Made by a program: the position numbers and the translations under genes. This document shows, in pieces, positions 1-8,206 of a stretch of 64,000 nt of DNA. Each line of letters begins with the position of its first letter. Positions within the stretch are counted from its first letter, which is position 1. The stretch comes from Patescibacteria group bacterium (GTDB taxonomy: Bacteria; Patescibacteriota; Patescibacteriia; SG8-24; DYFX01), in contig JBBTWH010000006.1 in the NCBI GenBank assembly GCA_038062835.1, positions 60 through 64,059 on the forward strand, given 5' to 3'. Under the pieces are notes generated by a model. The model saw only the letters and a list, made by a program, of their open reading frames with translations. It had not been told where the DNA came from and ran no database searches.

Positions 1-51
1 CTTGAACCCTCTGCGTGTAAAGCAGATGCTCTACCGTTGAGCTAAGCGTCC
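1..51 (-). tRNA. tRNA-Val(UAC), 3' end cut off by window edge
   Basis: Minus strand reads GGACGCTTAGCTCAACGGTAGAGCATCTGC-TTTACAC-GCAGAGGGTT; D-arm and anticodon arm intact, anticodon TAC. Confidence 0.93.
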
Positions 52-187
52 GCGTCGCTGCCTGACATGCTGTCGGTCAGACAGGCTGAGCCTGTCTTCC
101 CTGTCGTATGTCAGTCGCTCCTCCTTCGCGGCCACGCAGGCGTGGCCTTGATGGCAGTTCAGTGTGTTCCGCGCGGTCGCGCGGAAC
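52..187 (-). ncRNA. structured 136-nt RNA abutting the 5' end of tRNA-Val (copy 1)
   Basis: About 85% identical by manual alignment to 47805-47940, with compensatory changes in three stems. Confidence 0.75.
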
Positions 188-199
188 TGGAGCGTTTAA

Positions 200-228
200 A
201 GCCTATCGTCTCCCCTCTTGACAGGCAA
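200..228 (-). promoter_or_regulatory. sigma70-like promoter for the ncRNA-tRNA-Val transcript
   Basis: TTGCCT-17-TAGGCT on the minus strand. Confidence 0.6.
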
Positions 229-388
229 GGGCGATATCGTTGACAGATACGCGCGGTTCGGGTACCTTGCCCTTACACGCGTACGTAGCACGGAGATCGA
301 GGTCGGCGACAGCCATACCGCGTTCAAACAGTGCGAAGACGAGTGAAAGGTCCGAACCTTTTATTCACCAGCTCAAGCCCAACGCAGT

Positions 389-652
389 ATGGCCAGCAAC
401 AAGATCTTCGTCGGCAGCCTGTCTTTCCAGGCCACCGAAGACGACCTCAAGGCCGCTTTCAGCCCGTTCGGTACGGTCGCTTCCGTGTTCATCCCGGTCG
501 ACCGTATGACGGGCCGCAAGCGCGGTTTCGGCTTCGTCGAGATGTCCTCCCCCGAGGAGGCCGCTCGCGCGATCGAGGAAATGAACGGCAAGGAAATTGT
601 CGGTCGCCCGGTCGCCCTGAACGAAGCGCAGCCCCGCCCGGAGCGCCAGTAA
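389..652 (+). CDS. RRM (RNP-1) RNA-binding protein
   Basis: RNP2 KIFVGSL and RNP1 RGFGFVEM motifs. Confidence 0.95.
   Translation: MASNKIFVGSLSFQATEDDLKAAFSPFGTVASVFIPVDRMTGRKRGFGFVEMSSPEEAARAIEEMNGKEIVGRPVALNEAQPRPERQ
586..652 (+). repeat. 67-bp direct repeat, copy 1 (3' end of RRM gene)
   Basis: Identical to 1422-1488. Confidence 0.95.
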
Positions 653-749
653 AATGGCACCAGCCGAACAGCCCGCAAGGGCTGTTTTGCTTTACGCCGC
701 AACGGCCTGGGGGTATATAGTAGGCAGGCTCTTTCAAGGAGAAAAGCGC

Positions 750-1376
750 ATGCCAAACCGCCCCGGACACTACCGCATCGACCTGTCGACCCTGGCTGGA
801 CGCACCTTCTCCGACATATTCGGGGATGAGATCCTGAAAGAAGATGAGGCCCGGGATAAAATCTGGGGATTCGTCTTCAAGCATGGCTGCGTCAAGGAGA
901 ATCCGTCCGATCATGACGGTGACGACTTGGGGTGGCTGATGCCGATCGAGATACCCGTCCTCTCGCCGGACGAGGAAATGCGCATCCGCCGCCAATTCGA
1001 CCCCCTGGGCAAAGGGTCGCTGACGTTCGACGATATGTATGACCCTTTCCGAGTCCGCGTGTCCTTCTCGACCGTCGGCGATGTCACGCTCGGAGAGGTC
1101 TTCGGCGGACGCCTGATGGCGGAGAGCGATTTCATGAACGCCTTCTCCGGTTTCATCAAGTCGCGCGGACTGAAGGATGGGACGATGACGGATGCGCAGT
1201 TGGCGCTCCTCCGCGCCGTGCCGCACAGGACGTGCAGCCGCTGTCAGGCGCTGGTGAAGCGGAATTATTGCCGCCAATGCGACGAGGTCTTCGACGAGGC
1301 CCACGCCGCGGGCTGTCCTCTGCCGAACGAACCAGGACCCGACGGTGACAACCATCGCGGGCATCGTACCTACTGA
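750..1376 (+). CDS. hypothetical protein with C-terminal CxxC-CxxC zinc-ribbon-like motif
   Basis: SD AAGGAG before ATG 750; CSRC...CRQC; own terminator at ~1375-1397. Confidence 0.75.
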   Translation: MPNRPGHYRIDLSTLAGRTFSDIFGDEILKEDEARDKIWGFVFKHGCVKENPSDHDGDDLGWLMPIEIPVLSPDEEMRIRRQFDPLGKGSLTFDDMYDPFRVRVSFSTVGDVTLGEVFGGRLMAESDFMNAFSGFIKSRGLKDGTMTDAQLALLRAVPHRTCSRCQALVKRNYCRQCDEVFDEAHAAGCPLPNEPGPDGDNHRGHRTY

Positions 1377-1421
1377 CCGCAAGAGCGGTCTTTTTTTCGG
1401 AGCGAAAGCACATGACGCTCC

Positions 1422-1488
1422 CGGCAAGGAAATTGTCGGTCGCCCGGTCGCCCTGAACGAAGCGCAGCCCCGCCCGGAGCGCCAGTAA
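1422..1488 (+). repeat. 67-bp direct repeat, copy 2 (orphan RRM 3' end)
   Basis: Identical to 586-652; followed by hairpin terminator 1498-1520. Confidence 0.95.
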
Positions 1489-1581
1489 GCTCCCTCGAAA
1501 CGCCCCTCACGGGGCGTTTTGATTTACGCGAAGCGTTGACGCATCGACCGGAAACGTGTACCAAGGGTCCAGGAGGATCGC

Positions 1582-2163
1582 ATGAAGACCATTACCGCAT
1601 TCGCACTGGCCTGCTGTCTCGCTTCCGTCCCTGCCTCGGCGCGCGCCGAAGAGCCGGAGCGGACGACCTACGTCACCCTGGAACAGCAGACCGTCCTCGT
1701 CGATGGCGAGGTCGTGCCGGCCATCGACGGCACGATCGTCAGGACGCTCCACGGTCCGCTGGGCCTCTACACCTTCTTCTACGTCGACCGCGCGTACGCC
1801 GAAGCCGTCGTCGGCCCGTCCTTTTCCCCGACCGCGTGGCTGACTGTCGCGCTCGGCGCGGGTGTCGAGCAGGCGGAGGAAGGATCGTGGCGCGTCGGCG
1901 GCCTGCTCTGGATGGGCCGCGCGCGCTGGACGTCCGTCACCTTGCTCGAGACCGGCGCGTCAGGCTTCTGGGGACGCACCGAGTTCGCCTGGCGGCCCGC
2001 GCCGTGGGCGGGCATCGGCGTCCTCGGCGACCTCGGCCTCGGCGTCGGCCCGCGCCTCGAGCTGCGAGTGCCAAGCCTCCCCGTCCAGATCTGGGGCGCC
2101 TCGCTCTATGATTGGAAAGAGGAGCGTCCGGCGGCGGCCTTCGGCGTGCGGCTCGACCTCTGA
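1582..2163 (+). CDS. secreted hypothetical protein, beta-strand rich
   Basis: SD AGGAGG; signal peptide ending ARA; alternating hydrophobic strands. Confidence 0.75.
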   Translation: MKTITAFALACCLASVPASARAEEPERTTYVTLEQQTVLVDGEVVPAIDGTIVRTLHGPLGLYTFFYVDRAYAEAVVGPSFSPTAWLTVALGAGVEQAEEGSWRVGGLLWMGRARWTSVTLLETGASGFWGRTEFAWRPAPWAGIGVLGDLGLGVGPRLELRVPSLPVQIWGASLYDWKEERPAAAFGVRLDL

Positions 2164-2212
2164 AAGAGCTTCGGCTCTTTTTTCGTTTCCGCGGATAAGA
2201 AAAAGAGGCGCA

Positions 2213-2707
2213 TCAGGGATGCGTCTCGACGGGCGCGGAGGCGGCGGCTTCGCGATCCCGCTGGATCTTGTTGCCCATGATCGTCAGGCCGAGCATCAGC
2301 GCGGCGACGGCGTAGGCGGCGAGGTGCCAGCCGTTCGGCGTCTTCCCGGTGCCGACGTACTTGATGATCGTCCCGAAGACCGGGAACAGGACGGCGGCGC
2401 CGACGATGGCGAAGAGGTACTCCTCGCCGCTCCGCTGCGCCGTATAGAAGGCAAGCACGTAGAGGTTATCGGCGAGGAAGAAGACCACGCCGCCGAGCAG
2501 CACCCACTTCAACGCGCCCCCGCTCGGCCAAGCGACGTGCGTGCCGCCTGCCTTGGTGACGAGCAGGTAGGCGCAGGACAAGACCAGGCCGACGACGTAG
2601 AGCTGGACGAGCAGGGCCGCCGGCGTGAAAGACGATGTCTTCTGCTCCAGCAAGTAGGCCTGGGAAGCGTAGAAGGCGTAAGCAAAGACCGCGTAGACGA
2701 TGGGCAT
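2213..2707 (-). CDS. multi-pass membrane protein (EamA/DMT-like)
   Basis: SD AGGAGG before MPIVY; about five hydrophobic helices. Confidence 0.65.
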   Translation of the reverse strand: MPIVYAVFAYAFYASQAYLLEQKTSSFTPAALLVQLYVVGLVLSCAYLLVTKAGGTHVAWPSGGALKWVLLGGVVFFLADNLYVLAFYTAQRSGEEYLFAIVGAAVLFPVFGTIIKYVGTGKTPNGWHLAAYAVAALMLGLTIMGNKIQRDREAAASAPVETHP

Positions 2708-2880
2708 CGGTTCCTCCTGGATTGTTCTCCTCACCAAATCACGCTCCGGCCCCGATGTCAAGGGTGGAGGTTCGACCGGAAACTTCTTCACTTAGTCGAC
2801 GGTCTGCACCTCCGTGTCCGCGACTGAACCCCTTGCAGGAATTACTTCGTTCGAGTATAGTGTCCCCGTTCGCGAGACGT

Positions 2881-2967
2881 GCGGTCGTGGCGAAATTGGC
2901 AGACGCACTACCTTGAGGTGGTAACGCCCGCAAGGGCATGAGGGTTCAAGTCCCTCCGACCGCACCA
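2881..2967 (+). tRNA. tRNA-Leu(GAG)
   Basis: Cloverleaf with long variable arm, loop TT-GAG-GT, encoded CCA. Confidence 0.95.
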
Positions 2968-3004
2968 CAAAACACCCAGGCATCGCCTGGGTGTTTTGTC
3001 GTTC

Positions 3005-3784
3005 TCATTCGAATTTGCGGGTCTTGCCGGTGATGACCTTGAGGCGCTTCGGGAGGATGCTGATGTCCAGCACGCTGGAGGAGAGACGCTGGCCGTCGCG
3101 GATGACGGTGACCGGCTGGCTGTGGCGGACCGACAGCGTTCGGACCGGGACGACCGTCGGCGGCGGGAGCGGTTCGGCGGGGCGGAATAGCTTGGAGAAA
3201 AATCCGCGGCGCGGCGATGGTTGGAAGACCGTCTGGAGGAAGCCGTCGCGCGGCGAGCTGATGGCCGCGGCGCCGTCGTCCGAGACGGTCATCGGCGCGA
3301 GGTTGCAGACGCGCACCTCGTTGTCTTCCGTCGGGATGACGCTGTACTGACCGTTGCACGACATCGCCGCGCGGGTGCGCGGGATGCGGACAGAGGACAG
3401 GAAGAAGTGGTCGTTGACGCGTCCGAGGTCCACGGTGTGGAGGACGCGGCGCGAGAGGATGTTGCAGGCCTCGACGCCCTCTTCGACGCCCAGGAGCGCC
3501 GCGATCTCGTGCGGACCGTCGCCGATCGGGATGACGCCGAACGACATGTCGTGCATGCCGACGACGTCGATCAGGCGTCCGACGGTGCCGTCGTCGCCGA
3601 CGGCCACGATCGTCTCGCAGCCCTGTAAGGCGGCGTCCGCCACGATCTCGCCGATGTCCTTGAACATCGTCAAACGCTCGACGCGGCCGCTGATGCCGAG
3701 GTCCGTCAGGCGCGTCTCGACGCGCGAAAGCAGCTTCTCGTGCTTCTTGTCGGTGACGAACCCGTCGTAGACGTAGACGTACAT
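3005..3784 (-). CDS. diacylglycerol kinase family (YegS-like) protein
   Basis: VAVGDDGT, GVIPIG and DLGRVN motifs. Confidence 0.85.
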   Translation of the reverse strand: MYVYVYDGFVTDKKHEKLLSRVETRLTDLGISGRVERLTMFKDIGEIVADAALQGCETIVAVGDDGTVGRLIDVVGMHDMSFGVIPIGDGPHEIAALLGVEEGVEACNILSRRVLHTVDLGRVNDHFFLSSVRIPRTRAAMSCNGQYSVIPTEDNEVRVCNLAPMTVSDDGAAAISSPRDGFLQTVFQPSPRRGFFSKLFRPAEPLPPPTVVPVRTLSVRHSQPVTVIRDGQRLSSSVLDISILPKRLKVITGKTRKFE

Positions 3785-3835
3785 CGTTCGGCGCTTAGTG
3801 CTCTCTTCCCTTAAGACGCGTCGAACGCGCGGGTC

Positions 3836-4315
3836 TTACTGCTGCAGCAGTTCCTCGATCTTCTTTTCGCGGACGCTGCGCGGGCCGCGCGCGATCGGAG
3901 GTCGGCCTTCGGCGCCTTCGTCGACGGAGGCCGCGGCCGCAGCCTTTTCCTGGACGGGCACTTCGAGGCCGATGATGAGCTGGCCCTTCATCATCGCGCC
4001 TGGCGCGACGGAGAGGACCTTGGCCTGGATGTCGCCATGGATGCGCGCGGTCGACGCGAGCTCGAGACGGTCGTAGACGCGGAGGTTTCCGTGGAGCTCG
4101 CCGGCGATGACGGCGTTGCGGGCCTGGACGCCGGCCGTGATCTTCGAGTTCTCGCCGACGACGAGATCGCGCTCGGTCGAGATGGAGCCTTTCACTTCGC
4201 CCTCGATGCGGACGTTGCCCTCGCTGACGAAGTCGCCTTCGACGCGCACGGACGGCGCGATGACGGTCTCGGTCTCATGCGCGACGGTCGCCGTTTCCCG
4301 ATCGTTCTTGAACAT
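3836..4315 (-). CDS. bactofilin (polymer-forming cytoskeletal protein)
   Basis: TVIAPSVRVEGDF...VRIEGEVKG...ARIHGDI beta-helix repeats. Confidence 0.9.
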   Translation of the reverse strand: MFKNDRETATVAHETETVIAPSVRVEGDFVSEGNVRIEGEVKGSISTERDLVVGENSKITAGVQARNAVIAGELHGNLRVYDRLELASTARIHGDIQAKVLSVAPGAMMKGQLIIGLEVPVQEKAAAAASVDEGAEGRPPIARGPRSVREKKIEELLQQ

Positions 4316-4398
4316 ACCTCCGATTGATTATTATCCCGCTCGTTAAAGGGCGAGGGTGTGAATGTCTTTCCTATTGTACCAAGCGGATGAAACGAGGG

Positions 4399-5994
4399 TC
4401 AAAGACCCCTGGAAACGGGCAGGGCGAAGCCGAAGGTCGAACCCTTCCCTACCCCCGGCGACAAGGCCCAGACGCGCCCGCCCTGCATCTCCGTGAGCAT
4501 CTTCACGACGTACAGGCCGAGTCCCGATCCGCCGCGGTCGATGACGAGTTCCCCTCGCTGGTACTTGCCGAAGATCCTCGGGGCGTCCTCGGGCGTGATG
4601 CCCATGCCAGTGTCGGTGACTTCGAAGATGGCCTCGCGGCCGACGCAGCGGACGCGCGTCGCGATGGATCCTTTCTCGGTGTATTTGAGGGCGTTGTCGA
4701 TCAGGTTGAAGATGACGTGCTTGATCTTTTCCGGATCGAACTCCACCCAGACCGGGCGTTCGCAGTCGAAGGCCAGCGACAGCGCGATGCCCTTCTTCGA
4801 GGCCGGCAGGAGGAACTCGTCGTGCACGTCCTTGACCGCGTTGTCGAGCGGAAGGACTTCCTTGCGGATCGTCAGCGCGCCGGACTCGAGCTTGGTGATG
4901 TCGAGGAAGGTCTCGACGGCGTTCAGGAGGCGCGTGGTGACGTTGAGGTTCAGCGTGACGATCTCCTTCTGCTTGTCGCCGATCGGGCCGAGGTCGCCGT
5001 CGCGGAACATCGTCAGGTAGCCGCGGATGCCGCCGAGCGGGCCGCGGATCTGGTGCGAGGCGATCGAGACCATCGTGGTCTTCAGCTCGTCGAGCTGGCG
5101 CAGCCGCTTGTTGCTGGCCGCCAGTTCCTGGGCGAGCTTCTGGAGCTCGATCTTCTGCCGCTCCTCGCTGAGGAAGCTGCGGATCATGGCGAACCCGAGG
5201 ACCAGCAGGATCAGGAACGAGACCACGTTGATGGCGGCCTCCTGCAGGTCCTTGGAGAGGATGATGCGGGTGATGATGGTGGAGAGGATGCCGAGGAGCA
5301 GGATCTCGACCACCACGAAGCGGATCTGCAGGAAGCGGTGCTTGGCGATCGCCCAGGCCACGCCGCTGATGAAGAAGATCATCGCGTAGATCCCGATGCG
5401 GAACCATTCGGCCGACAGCGCGTTCTGGAAGAACAGGTTGATGGTCAGCGAGACGACCGTGAAGGCCGCCAGTCCGCTGACGATCGACGTCATCTGCGCG
5501 CGGAGGGCCGGCGCCGCCTTCCTTCGCCCGCGCAGGAGCATCACGATCGGCGTGATGAAATACAGGATGAGGATCGGCGCGTAGAAGAAGAAGATGATGC
5601 CTTCGGTGAAGCGGATCTCGCCGGTGCCGGCCGTGAAGGTGGTCGTCAGGAGCCACGGCGTGAAGGACAGCGCCGAGAGGACGGCAGCCGGCAGGAACGT
5701 CAGCGCGAGCGTCTTGGTGCGGACGTCCCGGTCGATGAAGTTCATGACGAACAGCAGGATGAATCCCGCCCCCAGCATGGCGGCCCCGAAATCGGCCTTC
5801 AGGAAGAAGCTCCGGAGAGGGAACGGGATCGCCTGGACGTTCTCCATGTAGTTGAAGACCATCCAGAGCACGCTGAAGACGACCCAGGCGAAGAACAGGC
5901 GGTGCGCGCGGTCCTTCGGGTCATGCACGAAGACGATGCTGCCGAGGAACAGCATCAGGAACGCGACGAATAGGAAAATGGTCAGGCTGAGCAT
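4399..5994 (-). CDS. membrane sensor histidine kinase (multi-TM N-terminus)
   Basis: H-box SHQIRGPL, N-box NLIDNALKYT, G-boxes DTGMGI and GSGLGL. Confidence 0.93.
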   Translation of the reverse strand: MLSLTIFLFVAFLMLFLGSIVFVHDPKDRAHRLFFAWVVFSVLWMVFNYMENVQAIPFPLRSFFLKADFGAAMLGAGFILLFVMNFIDRDVRTKTLALTFLPAAVLSALSFTPWLLTTTFTAGTGEIRFTEGIIFFFYAPILILYFITPIVMLLRGRRKAAPALRAQMTSIVSGLAAFTVVSLTINLFFQNALSAEWFRIGIYAMIFFISGVAWAIAKHRFLQIRFVVVEILLLGILSTIITRIILSKDLQEAAINVVSFLILLVLGFAMIRSFLSEERQKIELQKLAQELAASNKRLRQLDELKTTMVSIASHQIRGPLGGIRGYLTMFRDGDLGPIGDKQKEIVTLNLNVTTRLLNAVETFLDITKLESGALTIRKEVLPLDNAVKDVHDEFLLPASKKGIALSLAFDCERPVWVEFDPEKIKHVIFNLIDNALKYTEKGSIATRVRCVGREAIFEVTDTGMGITPEDAPRIFGKYQRGELVIDRGGSGLGLYVVKMLTEMQGGRVWALSPGVGKGSTFGFALPVSRGL

Positions 5995-6051
5995 ATCCTC
6001 CGATTCCAGTATATAGGAAAAGACGGCCTCGCGTGAGCGAAGCCGTCGTGG

Positions 6052-6855
6052 TCAGGGCTTGGAGGTGCCGTAGTCCGGGTGGTCGTGGTTCTCCCACCCG
6101 ATCAGCACGCCGTAGTTGCAGCTGTCCGGATCCGGGAAGTAGTCCGGAAGCGGACGGAAGATGCGGCAGCGGCGGCCTCCGGCGACGACGCCGAGGAAGA
6201 ATCCCAGCTCGCCGTCGAAGACGCGCGGACGGATCGGCGCGATCGCCGACTCCGGCCAGGCGCGCGGGTCGATGCGGCCTCCGGCGGCGGAAGCGCGCAG
6301 GTCCTGCTTGAGCGGACCGATGCGCCAGACGTTGGTGTCCGGATCCTGGAAGCAGGCGCGGTCATGATCGTCAATCGTCAGCTGGACGTAGTCGTCCACC
6401 GACAGGAGATCGTGCCACTCGTGCAGGTGCGGGATCCTCGAGCCGAGGAGCGCCCAGCGCCGCCCGGCCAGCCAGCCGGACTCGACGGCGCGGGTGACGA
6501 GCGCTTCGCCGAGGCCTTGGCCCGCGAGATCCGGCCTGACCGAGACGTTGACGCCGTACTGGACATCGCCGCCCGGGTTGCAGATGTTGGCATAGGTCCC
6601 TTCGCCGCTGGCCTCCCACCAGCTGACGATGGACTTGAGATCGGTGGCGACCGACCAGACCGAACCGATGATCGCGCCGGTGGCGCGGTCGATCGAGACG
6701 AAGTTGCCGAGCGGCCAGCGCTCGATGCGGGCGAGGAGCATCTCCACGGAGGCCGCGGAATCAGCTCCCCACGCCGCGACGTCGATCTCGTGGCAGGTCT
6801 GCACGTCGGACGGAGTCGCCATCCGGATGAAAAAGGGCGTTTCTACTGCTCGCAT
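6052..6855 (-). CDS. GNAT N-acetyltransferase (YkwB-like)
   Basis: VSVRPDLAGQGLG acetyl-CoA motif; GSRIP...SVDDYV; YFPDPDSCNYG; SD AGGAGG. Confidence 0.8.
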   Translation of the reverse strand: MRAVETPFFIRMATPSDVQTCHEIDVAAWGADSAASVEMLLARIERWPLGNFVSIDRATGAIIGSVWSVATDLKSIVSWWEASGEGTYANICNPGGDVQYGVNVSVRPDLAGQGLGEALVTRAVESGWLAGRRWALLGSRIPHLHEWHDLLSVDDYVQLTIDDHDRACFQDPDTNVWRIGPLKQDLRASAAGGRIDPRAWPESAIAPIRPRVFDGELGFFLGVVAGGRRCRIFRPLPDYFPDPDSCNYGVLIGWENHDHPDYGTSKP

Positions 6856-6985
6856 GGTTCCCTCCTGGTCCAACGACCTGGACAAGTAATCCCATGAAAT
6901 GGGCCGTCCCGTCAAGCTTGACCGAAGCCGCGAAAACGTGGCATAACGGCGTCAGTTCGTTCCATTTGCCAAGAAGGAGGCGACG

Positions 6986-8161
6986 ATGGACCCGATCGAG
7001 AAGTTCCTGAAGGAGCGGGGTGTCATCGCCCCGCCTCCGGACCGGCCGCTCGTGACGTACCCGAAGTACTGGGAGCGTACCGTGCGCTGGCTGGCCGCCG
7101 CGACGCAAGCGCCCGACATCGTGAAGGCGCACGGGGCTTCAGCCCTGGACGTCCTCAACGGCGCGATCGGCGCGCCGGCGTTCTTCACCGACCGGCGCTA
7201 CCTGCCGCAGCTCGGCCGCCAGGCCGGCTACGGCTTCATCCTCCTCCCTGGAGGGTGCGAGTGGGCGCTGAAGAAGGACCGGGGCGGGCAGTGCACGTTC
7301 TGCGAGTTCCAGGAGGTCGTCGACTTCATGGCCGGCGACCTGCCCTTCAGCCACGAGGAGTTCCTCGCGATCTTCCAAGCCGGTTACGCCGGCATGGCCG
7401 ATTCCGACATCCTCAACGTCTTCACCGCTGGTTCGTTCCTGAATCCCGGCGAGATCCCGATGAGGAGCCAAGCCGCCATGGCCGCGCTCGTCGCCGCGTC
7501 GGCGAAGACGTCCGTCCTGCGCGTGGAATCCCGCGTGCAGTACATCGTCGACGAGACCGTCGCTCCTCTCGTCTCGATCCTGGCGGCCAAGGGCAAGACC
7601 CTCGACATCGCCATCGGCTTCGAGACGAAGGACGACGAGATGCGCAACAAGGCGCTCCGCAAGGGCATGGGCCGCAAGCAGTTCGAACTGGCGGTCCAGG
7701 CTGCTAAGCGCCACGGCGCGCGCGTCTCGGCCTACGTCATCCTGATGCCCATCGCCCTCGACGAAGGCTACGCCATCCAGGAGTGCATCGACTCGATCCG
7801 TTACGCCTTCGAGGCGGGCTGCGACGAAGTGTTGCTCCAGGCGCGCTACAGCCACTACGAGGACCAGAAGTGCCCGTGGCTCTGGTCGATCGTGAAGGTC
7901 CTGAACGAGACCGCCGCGCTCGGCCCGGTCATGCTGGGCCGCTGGGAGACGGAGCTTCCGGAGCCCAAGGTCTGGCCGAAGAACTGCGACGCCTGTTCGC
8001 CGGAGGTCATGAAGTCGATTGCCGCCTGGCGCGACGGCCTCCAACCTTCGACCATCGCCGAGGCGGCCATGCCAGCGTGCGGCTGCCGCAAGGTCTGGGA
8101 GCAGGAGGCGGCCAAGACCGCCCCGCCGCCCAAGCGCATCACCCTGCCGACCGCGCCTTAG
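6986..8161 (+). CDS. radical SAM protein, RaSEA/TIGR01210-like
   Basis: GCEWA...GGQCTFC, FTAGSFLNPGEIP, VESR, IGFET, PWLWSIV, NCDAC, CGC motifs. Confidence 0.8.
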   Translation: MDPIEKFLKERGVIAPPPDRPLVTYPKYWERTVRWLAAATQAPDIVKAHGASALDVLNGAIGAPAFFTDRRYLPQLGRQAGYGFILLPGGCEWALKKDRGGQCTFCEFQEVVDFMAGDLPFSHEEFLAIFQAGYAGMADSDILNVFTAGSFLNPGEIPMRSQAAMAALVAASAKTSVLRVESRVQYIVDETVAPLVSILAAKGKTLDIAIGFETKDDEMRNKALRKGMGRKQFELAVQAAKRHGARVSAYVILMPIALDEGYAIQECIDSIRYAFEAGCDEVLLQARYSHYEDQKCPWLWSIVKVLNETAALGPVMLGRWETELPEPKVWPKNCDACSPEVMKSIAAWRDGLQPSTIAEAAMPACGCRKVWEQEAAKTAPPPKRITLPTAP

Positions 8162-8206
8162 GCGCGAACGCAAACGCCCCGACATGTCGGGGCGCTTTTT
8201 ATTCTT

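Noticed and set aside
270-388. Riboswitch in the ~120-nt RRM leader
   Set aside because: No aptamer consensus recognised by eye
586-1488. Prophage or IS element
   Set aside because: No integrase, transposase or phage structural genes between the repeats
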